Positions 25,922 to 32,000 of a DNA stretch of 32,000 bases are shown in pieces (the first letter of the stretch is position 1; every line of letters starts with the position of its first letter). The notes beneath the pieces were generated by a model. It ran no database searches and was not told the DNA's origin. It saw only the letters and a program-made list of their open reading frames with translations. Source of the stretch: an uncultured Lachnospiraceae bacterium (lineage in GTDB: Bacteria; Bacillota; Clostridia; Lachnospirales; Lachnospiraceae); the NCBI GenBank assembly GCA_949502025.1, contig CATBCG010000073.1, forward strand, positions 44,581-76,580, read 5' to 3'. A program made the position numbers and the translations under genes.

Positions 25922-25937
25922 GAATGGGGGAAATAGG

Positions 25938-27161
25938 ATGGTAATTCAGTCAAGTAATGTAGCGATGGGATCTTCTAGGAGCTGGCGGGCAACGACTACG
26001 GCTTCGGTATCGGTATCTAGTTGGGGAATGGTACAAAATTCGGTAGGCGCCGGGAAGATAAGCCCCCTGCCTTCTGCGACAGACAGCGGGCAGGATGTAA
26101 AGACGCCAGAGGACAGCCAGAAAAAGCGACAGGAGCTGATGGAGGGCTTACAGGCAGGAAATCCGTTTTTTAGTCGTATACAAGAAGGCGATTCTTATGC
26201 CGATCAGCTAAGCGATGCTGGGAAAGTAGAGTTTTATTCCTTTCGGAATATGTTAGAGCTTCTTTTTGGCGTAGATGGACGAAGCCATAAAATGACGCCG
26301 ATTGAGCTGTTTCGCCGCCTGATGGGACAGCAGCGGGAGCGGATTTCCAGGATGTTGGCAGCTACAGAGAGCGGAGTTTCCGGTGTGCAGGCGTGGAGCG
26401 GGAATCAGACGTCCGGTGGGACGATAGTATCGGGCGGAGCCGCGCCTTCCGGTGGGATGGTCTCTGCCGGAATCGGAAGACTGTATACAGAAGTGGAAGT
26501 ACGGGAAAACTTCCGGTATGAGGAAGAGGAGAATACCACGTTTTATTCCTCAGGTACGGTACAGACGGCGGACGGTAAAAAAATTCGCTTTGATGTAAAT
26601 GCCTGGATGTCAAGAAGCTTTGTAGAGGAAACGTCGTTTCAGTTTAATTACCAGAGGGCAAATTATGTCGATCCGCTCGTGATTAGCTTAGACAGCGACA
26701 ATGTACGGATCAGCAGCCAGGAGTTTTATTTTGACTTAGACTGTGACGGGGAATTAGATAATGTGTCTTTGCTTGCCGGAAACAGCGCATTTTTAGCTCT
26801 GGATCGGAATGGAGACGGGAAAATCAACGACGGAAGCGAATTGTTCGGGACGAAAAGCGGCGATGGGTTTGCGGATTTAGCGGTGTTTGATCTGGACGGG
26901 AACGGCTGGATCGACGAAAACGACGAAATTTTTAACCGGCTTCGGATCTGGAAAAAGGACGAGAACGGAAACGATCAGTTAATCGGGCTGGGAGTAGCCG
27001 GGATTGGGGCTATTTACCTGGGCAGCAGCCAGACGTTGTTTCACCTTGACCCGGACGGAGACGGCGAAACAGACGCCCGGATTACCCGCTCCGGCTTTTA
27101 CTTAAAAGAGGACGGAGGGGCTGGTCTGGTTCAAAATTTGGATATGGTAAAAAAGAATTAA
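25938..27161 (+). CDS. Hypothetical protein with C-terminal DxDxDG (EF-hand-like) Ca-binding repeat module; no signal peptide (407 aa)
   Basis: The N-terminus MVIQSSNVAMGSSRSWRATTTASVSVSS is polar and Ser/Thr-rich. The C-terminal half carries DLDCDGELD, DRNGDGKINDGSELFG, DLDGNGWIDENDEIFNRLRIW.D.NG and DPDGDGETD. Confidence 0.75.
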   Translation: MVIQSSNVAMGSSRSWRATTTASVSVSSWGMVQNSVGAGKISPLPSATDSGQDVKTPEDSQKKRQELMEGLQAGNPFFSRIQEGDSYADQLSDAGKVEFYSFRNMLELLFGVDGRSHKMTPIELFRRLMGQQRERISRMLAATESGVSGVQAWSGNQTSGGTIVSGGAAPSGGMVSAGIGRLYTEVEVRENFRYEEEENTTFYSSGTVQTADGKKIRFDVNAWMSRSFVEETSFQFNYQRANYVDPLVISLDSDNVRISSQEFYFDLDCDGELDNVSLLAGNSAFLALDRNGDGKINDGSELFGTKSGDGFADLAVFDLDGNGWIDENDEIFNRLRIWKKDENGNDQLIGLGVAGIGAIYLGSSQTLFHLDPDGDGETDARITRSGFYLKEDGGAGLVQNLDMVKKN

Positions 27162-27370
27162 GAATTGTCTGCAAAAAATCCTTTGAATTTTCCGCCGTTT
27201 AGTATATAATGGATACGTGGTATGTCAAATGAGGGATTTATACGCTGCTGTCCTCTGAATGGAAAGCGGCGTTTCAAAGCATCTCAGCTTGCGGAAAGGG
27301 ACGTTTTCAGAGTGGCCGTTCGCAGGGATAGATAAACGTATTGAGTGGAAAAGAAGAAAGGAGTAGCAGG

Positions 27371-28360
27371 ATGTTAGGAAGTGATATTGGTATTGATTTG
27401 GGGACGGCGAGCGTTCTGGTGTATATGAAAGGAAAGGGCGTCGTATTAAAGGAGCCGTCCGTAGTGGCTTTTGACCGTGATTCCGGCAAGATTAAGGCGA
27501 TCGGGGAGGAAGCCCGGCTGATGTTAGGAAGGACGCCGGGCAATATCGTAGCAGTGCGTCCGCTGCGCCAGGGCGTGATTTCCGATTATACGGTGACAGA
27601 AAAAATGATGAAATATTTTATCCAGAAGGCAGGCGGCAGGCAGCGCTTCCGTAAGCCTCGGATCAGTGTCTGCGTACCGAGCGGTGTGACCGAAGTAGAA
27701 AAAAAGGCTGTAGAGGACGCGACTTATCAGGCGGGAGCCAGAGAGGTAGCGATCATCGAAGAGCCGATTGCAGCGGCAATCGGGGCGGGGATCGATATTT
27801 CCAGACCATGCGGCAATATGATCGTCGATATCGGAGGCGGTACGACAGATATCGCAGTGATTTCCCTTGGCGGTACGGTAGTCAGTACGTCGATTAAAAT
27901 TGCCGGAGACGATTTTGACGAAGCGATTGTTCGTTATATGAGAAAGAAACATAATCTGCTGATCGGTGAAAGAACCGCAGAGGAGATCAAGATCAAGATT
28001 GGATCCGCCTACAAGCGACCGGAAGTAGAGACCTTTGACGTAAGAGGGCGAAACCTGGTGACAGGTCTGCCAAAGACGATTACCGTCAGCTCCGAGGAGA
28101 CCGAGGAGGCGTTAAAGGAAGCTACTTCTCAGGTGGTAGAGGCAGTTCACAGCGTATTGGAGAAAACGCCGCCGGAATTGGCTGCCGATATCGCAGACCG
28201 CGGTATCGTGCTGACCGGAGGGGGAAGTCTGCTCTATGGATTAGAGGAGCTGATTGAAGAGAAGACCGGAATCAATACGATGACCGCTGAAGATCCGATG
28301 ACCGCCGTAGCGATTGGGACAGGGAAGTTTGTAGAATTTTTAAGCGGAAAAAGAGATTAG
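27371..28360 (+). CDS. mbl: MreB/Mbl actin-like rod-shape protein
   Basis: AAGGAG sits 7 nt before ATG 27371. Motifs are IGIDLGTASVLVY, DIGGGTTDIAV and GIVLTGGGSLL. Its position directly upstream of two rod genes mirrors B. subtilis mbl-flhO-flhP. Confidence 0.85.
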   Translation: MLGSDIGIDLGTASVLVYMKGKGVVLKEPSVVAFDRDSGKIKAIGEEARLMLGRTPGNIVAVRPLRQGVISDYTVTEKMMKYFIQKAGGRQRFRKPRISVCVPSGVTEVEKKAVEDATYQAGAREVAIIEEPIAAAIGAGIDISRPCGNMIVDIGGGTTDIAVISLGGTVVSTSIKIAGDDFDEAIVRYMRKKHNLLIGERTAEEIKIKIGSAYKRPEVETFDVRGRNLVTGLPKTITVSSEETEEALKEATSQVVEAVHSVLEKTPPELAADIADRGIVLTGGGSLLYGLEELIEEKTGINTMTAEDPMTAVAIGTGKFVEFLSGKRD

Positions 28361-28384
28361 CAAGAGAAAAGGGGCAGATAATTC

Positions 28385-29161
28385 ATGGTAAGGACGTTAT
28401 ATACGGCATATACCGGCATGAAAAATGAGCAGTATCGACTGGACATTATATCCAATAACCTGGCAAATGTATCGACGGCAGGCTATAAGGAAGAAAGCGT
28501 GGCAAACCAGTCGTTTGACGATGTAATGGCGATTAAAATCCGCGACGTATCGGAAGCCTGGGCAGATCGCCCTATCGGGCAGATGAGCCTGGGAGTAAAG
28601 ATAGGAGAAGTCTATACCGATTATAAGCAGGGCTCCGTAAGGGAGACCGGCAATACCTTTCATCTGGCGCTGGAGGGCAAAGGCTTTTTTGCGCTCCGCG
28701 TGGTAAACCAGAACGGGGAGGAGTCTATTAAGTATACACGAGACGGAAATTTCAAGATGACGAACGAGGGACTGATCGTAGATGCCTATGGAAACAACCT
28801 CCAGAGCGAATCCGGGAACTTACAGATTCCGACCGAGGCGACCGAGGTCAGCATCAGCCCGGACGGGACAGTGAGAGCAGACGGCGTAGTAATAGACAAC
28901 ATTGTGGTTCGGGATTTTGAGGACTACGACTACCTGAATAAGTACGGCGACAATATGTATGAGACGATCGAAGGAGCAGAGGAGCGCGAGACGTCCGCGT
29001 TGATTATGCAGGGCTTTATCGAGCAGTCCAACGTCAATTCAGTACGAGAGATGGTAGAGATGATCAATATTACCAGAGCTTATGAGGCGAACCAGAAGGT
29101 TATCCAGACTACCGACAGTATGCTAGAGCAAGTGACTACTTCGGTTGGACGGGTAGGATAA
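28385..29161 (+). CDS. flhO: Flagellar basal-body rod protein (FlgF/FlhO-like)
   Basis: The N-terminus YTAYTGMKNEQYRLDIISNNLANVSTAGYK is the Flg_bb_rod motif. The C-terminus GFIEQSNVNSVREMVEMINITRAYEANQKVI is the Flg_bbr_C motif. Confidence 0.85.
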   Translation: MVRTLYTAYTGMKNEQYRLDIISNNLANVSTAGYKEESVANQSFDDVMAIKIRDVSEAWADRPIGQMSLGVKIGEVYTDYKQGSVRETGNTFHLALEGKGFFALRVVNQNGEESIKYTRDGNFKMTNEGLIVDAYGNNLQSESGNLQIPTEATEVSISPDGTVRADGVVIDNIVVRDFEDYDYLNKYGDNMYETIEGAEERETSALIMQGFIEQSNVNSVREMVEMINITRAYEANQKVIQTTDSMLEQVTTSVGRVG

Positions 29162-29248
29162 TAGAGGCTGCAAAAGGCAGCAGAGAAACAAAATAAATAA
29201 TAAGCCATGCAACGGGTTTGTTGCAGAAAAATCAGGAGGCATAATACG

Positions 29249-30133
29249 ATGATGAGATCGTTATGGACGGCATCTTCCGGTATGCTGTCACAACAGACTA
29301 ATCTGGATACGATTGCGCACAATCTGTCCAATATCAATACCGTTGGTTATAAAAAGGAAACGGCAGAATTTAAGTCTCTGCTTTACCAGACCATCAAGGA
29401 GGCTTCTACAGACAGTGAGGGGAATCCGAAGGCAACTGCGATTCAGGTAGGTTCCGGCGTGCGGAATTCGGCAATTACTTCTGTTTTTGTTCAGGGACCA
29501 CTGACTGCTTCGGACGGACCGTTTGATTTGGGTATCCAGGGCAACGGCTTTTTTATGGTACGAGATACGGCAGGAGAGACTGCATATACAAGAAGCGGCT
29601 CCTTTCAGGCTGCGATGACCACAGAGGGAAACGTCATTTTGGCAACCTCAGACGGGAATCCGGTGCTGAACAGTCAGGGCGGAGAGATTATTTTATGGCA
29701 GCGTCAGGGGACGGACGGCGGCGCGGGCAATACCGGCGACGCCCAGACAAATTCGACCCAGAACTGGAGTGTGGACGATATCATCGTTGACGAGTCCGGT
29801 CAGGTACTGCGAGAAGTACGGGGTGAAACGACGGTTTCGTATGATTTATTAGGAAGAATCGGTGTGGCACAGTTTAACAATCCATCCGGACTGATCAAGG
29901 CGGGCGGCAGTTTGTTGTATGAGTCGGATGCTTCAGGAGCCGCGAGGATAGAAGGTCAGGATACCGGATTAAAGAACAGTGTCGTAAAACAAGGCTATCT
30001 GGAAGCCTCCAACGTACAGGCGGTAGACGAAATGGTCAATATGATCGTGGCGCAGAGAGCCTACGAACTGAATTCCAAGATTATTACGGCTTCCGATGAA
30101 ATGCTGCAGCAAGCAAATAATCTAAGACGTTAA
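29249..30133 (+). CDS. flgG: Flagellar distal rod protein FlgG/FlhP-like
   Basis: AGGAGG (29234-29239), then ATG 29249 (MMRSLWTASSGMLSQQTNLDTIAHNLSNINTVGYKK). The C-terminus is GYLEASNVQAVDEMVNMIVAQRAYELNSKII. I prefer this start to the track's 29207. Confidence 0.85.
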   Translation: MMRSLWTASSGMLSQQTNLDTIAHNLSNINTVGYKKETAEFKSLLYQTIKEASTDSEGNPKATAIQVGSGVRNSAITSVFVQGPLTASDGPFDLGIQGNGFFMVRDTAGETAYTRSGSFQAAMTTEGNVILATSDGNPVLNSQGGEIILWQRQGTDGGAGNTGDAQTNSTQNWSVDDIIVDESGQVLREVRGETTVSYDLLGRIGVAQFNNPSGLIKAGGSLLYESDASGAARIEGQDTGLKNSVVKQGYLEASNVQAVDEMVNMIVAQRAYELNSKIITASDEMLQQANNLRR

Positions 30134-30149
30134 AGGAAGGAGAATTTAA

Positions 30150-30533
30150 ATGAGCGGTATTGGAGGAATCGGAACCAGTTATTACAACAATTTAATGGAG
30201 ACATTAGGTTCCGCATCTGGTTCGGCAGATAAGTTAAAGGATACCCTGGATAGGATATCGGCAGGTTCAGAGGGTTCTGGCGTAAAAAAGGACGAAGCGT
30301 CGGAGACAGAGGACAAAGAGTTAATGGAAGCCTGCAAATCCTTTGAAAGCTATTTTATTGAGCAGGTATTTAAAGGAATGGAAAAAACGGTGATGAAAGA
30401 CGAGGATGAGGAGGAAAACGATTATCTGGTGAATTTTAAAGATATCCTCTATCAGGATTACGCGTCAGGCGCCGTAGAAAAAGGTGAATTCGGAATTGCA
30501 CAAATGCTTTATGATTCGATGAAGCGGGTATAA
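30150..30533 (+). CDS. Rod-binding protein (FlgJ N-terminal-domain-like, no muramidase domain)
   Basis: 127 aa. The motif ELMEACKSFESYFIEQVFKGMEKT matches the Rod-binding (PF10135) pattern. It lies immediately after the rod genes. Confidence 0.7.
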   Translation: MSGIGGIGTSYYNNLMETLGSASGSADKLKDTLDRISAGSEGSGVKKDEASETEDKELMEACKSFESYFIEQVFKGMEKTVMKDEDEEENDYLVNFKDILYQDYASGAVEKGEFGIAQMLYDSMKRV

Positions 30534-30556
30534 GGAAACTCTCTAGGAGGAGCTGC

Positions 30557-32000
30557 ATGTCAGAGCAGATAACAGGATACATAGAGAAAATTGTATACCG
30601 GAATACTGACAATGCCTACACAGTGTTATCGTTATCGACCAATGAAGAGGAGATAGCCTGTGTGGGTTATTTTTCGTCTGTCAGTGAAGGGGAGTATTTA
30701 GAAGCGGAAGGCGTCCGGACGGCGCATCCGGTTTATGGAGAACAGTTTCAGGTGAAACGTTATGAAATCCGGGAGCCGGAAGATGCGGTAGCGATGGAAC
30801 GCTATTTAGGTTCCGGGGCAATCAAAGGGATCGGTCCGGCGCTGGCAGCCCGGATTATCAAAAAATTCGGAGAGGATACGTTCCGGATCATTGAGGAGGA
30901 GCCGGAATGCCTTTCTAAAGTAAAGGGTATCAGCGAACGAAAAGCCAGAGAGATCGCCGAGCAGTTCGAGGAAAAGCGGGAACTGAGAGGAGCAATGCTC
31001 TTTCTGCAAAAATATGGAATTTCCAATAACCTGGCAGTCAAGATTTATAAGCAATACGGAGCAAGAATGTACGAGGTAATGCGGCAGAACCCGTACCGTC
31101 TGGCAGAGGAGGTACATGGAATTGGTTTTAAGCTGGCAGACGAGATTGCCGGAAAGCTTGGGATCGGACAGGACTCCGAATACCGGCTGAAGGCAGGGCT
31201 TCTCTATGTGCTGCAGCGGGCTGCCGGAAACGGTCATACTTATTTGCTGCGTAAGGATTTGGAGCAGCAGGCGAAAGAGCTGCTGGGCGTTCCAATCGAA
31301 GAGCTGGAGCAGTTGCTGACGGATCTGGTAATGGAGCGGCGGATTGTACGAAAACGGCTGCCTGCCACCGGAGAAAAAACACAGTCAGCCGAAGAGGAAA
31401 CACAGCCGGAAGTTTTAGAGGCAATTTATCACAGCAGCTTTTATTATATGGAATTAAACGTGGCGCGGATGCTCTGCGATTTAAACGTTACCTGTGAAGT
31501 CGAGGAAGACAGGCTGCTGCGGCGAGTGGCAGAGATCGAGGAAGAAAGCGGGCTGGAATTAGAAGTGATGCAGAGACAGGCGGTGATGGAATCGGTGAAA
31601 AACGGTCTGTTGATCATCAGCGGAGGACCCGGCACCGGTAAGACGACGACCATCAATTCCATTATCCGGCTGTTTGAGGCGGAGCAGATGGAGATTCTTT
31701 TAGCAGCGCCGACGGGGCGTGCCGCCAAAAGAATGCAGGAAGCGACAAAGCATGATGCCCAGACCATCCATCGCTTGTTAGAGCTGACTGGAAGCCCGGA
31801 GGCGATCGCCGAGCAAAAAGAACAGAATCGTATGAATTTTGAACGGAACGAAATGAACCCGCTAGAAGCCGATGTGATTATGATAGATGAGATGTCTATG
31901 GTGGACATTACGCTGATGTACGCCTTATTAAAGGCGATTCCGGTAGGGACGAGGCTGATTTTGGCAGGCGATGTCAACCAGCTTCCTTCTGTGGGACCGG
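30557..32000 (+). CDS. recD2: RecD2-type SF1B ATP-dependent DNA helicase, 5' part (runs off the right edge; not in the ORF track)
   Basis: AGGAGG RBS, then ATG 30557. The frame is open to nt 32000. It has an N-terminal OB/HhH region (GSGAIKGIGPALAARIIKKFG), Walker A GGPGTGKTT, AAPTGRAAKRM, TIHRLL, DEMSMVD and LAGDVNQLPSVGP. Confidence 0.9.
   Translation, partial: MSEQITGYIEKIVYRNTDNAYTVLSLSTNEEEIACVGYFSSVSEGEYLEAEGVRTAHPVYGEQFQVKRYEIREPEDAVAMERYLGSGAIKGIGPALAARIIKKFGEDTFRIIEEEPECLSKVKGISERKAREIAEQFEEKRELRGAMLFLQKYGISNNLAVKIYKQYGARMYEVMRQNPYRLAEEVHGIGFKLADEIAGKLGIGQDSEYRLKAGLLYVLQRAAGNGHTYLLRKDLEQQAKELLGVPIEELEQLLTDLVMERRIVRKRLPATGEKTQSAEEETQPEVLEAIYHSSFYYMELNVARMLCDLNVTCEVEEDRLLRRVAEIEEESGLELEVMQRQAVMESVKNGLLIISGGPGTGKTTTINSIIRLFEAEQMEILLAAPTGRAAKRMQEATKHDAQTIHRLLELTGSPEAIAEQKEQNRMNFERNEMNPLEADVIMIDEMSMVDITLMYALLKAIPVGTRLILAGDVNQLPSVGP

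Noticed and set aside
25760-25937. c-di-GMP riboswitch (GEMM-I/II) in the sigma-28 leader
   Set aside because: The flagellar context made this attractive. However, I could not find the conserved GEMM-I elements (GGCAAA... / ACGCAAAGC) or the class II pseudoknot signature. I kept it only as a generic structured leader.
27222-27335. A 37-codon ORF (MSNEGFIRCCPLNGKRRF...) in the mbl upstream region
   Set aside because: There is no convincing Shine-Dalgarno sequence, the composition is basic and unremarkable, and the region is more simply the mbl 5' UTR or promoter (TTGAAT ... TATAAT at about 27183-27210).
30802-31977. Minus-strand ORFs 30802-31041, 30806-31237, 31128-31424 and 31444-31977
   Set aside because: All are antisense to an uninterrupted plus-strand frame (30557 to beyond 32000). 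That frame carries RecD2 helicase motifs but is missing from the track, apparently because it has no in-window stop.
1-32000. CRISPR arrays, rRNA/tRNA genes, IS elements or prophage blocks
   Set aside because: I saw no regularly spaced direct repeats, no tRNA-like cloverleaf regions in the intergenic gaps, no transposase-like ORFs, and no phage structural genes. The only recombinase is the isolated 192-aa gene at 23406-23984.

Overview
The window looks like core chromosome from a motile Firmicute. Gene content, GGAGG-type ribosome-binding sites and mbl-flhO-flhP synteny suggest a Clostridia or Lachnospiraceae-like organism, but this is inference only. I support about 30 protein genes and saw no rRNA, tRNA, CRISPR array or transposase by eye.

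Gene order, left to right:
- the 3' end of a glycoside-hydrolase-like gene
- a flavodoxin-like protein and a small PF06541-type membrane protein
- a two-gene module: a 1139-aa J-like/TPR protein plus a short-lid Hsp70 paralogue
- an acyltransferase-3 membrane protein, rlmI, and a SAM methyltransferase
- a divergent MetRS-like class I tRNA ligase and a convergent esterase
- an XRE-HTH protein fused to a minimal FlhA (FHIPEP) cytoplasmic-domain-like module
- a visibly AT-richer islet holding a frameshifted AlbA_2/HATPase_c_4-type gene
- a PadR operon, queH, and feoA-feoB followed by an unlisted Cys-rich mini-protein and a lipoprotein
- an MCP, a 192-aa catalytic-domain-only tyrosine recombinase, degV, and a small membrane protein
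- a sigma-28-type promoter with a long structured leader, driving a signal-less protein with DxDxDG Ca-binding repeats
- mbl-flhO-flhP(flgG)-rod-binding protein
- the 5' part of recD2, which runs off the right edge and is absent from the ORF track

The candidates most worth a second look are:
- the J-like(HPD->NPE)/TPR plus Hsp70 pair
- the HTH-FlhA(C) fusion
- the sigma-28 leader and Ca-repeat protein beside the rod genes
- a 55-nt two-hairpin element present twice, with compensatory base changes in both stems

All functional calls rest on motif recognition from memory and need HMM or BLAST confirmation.
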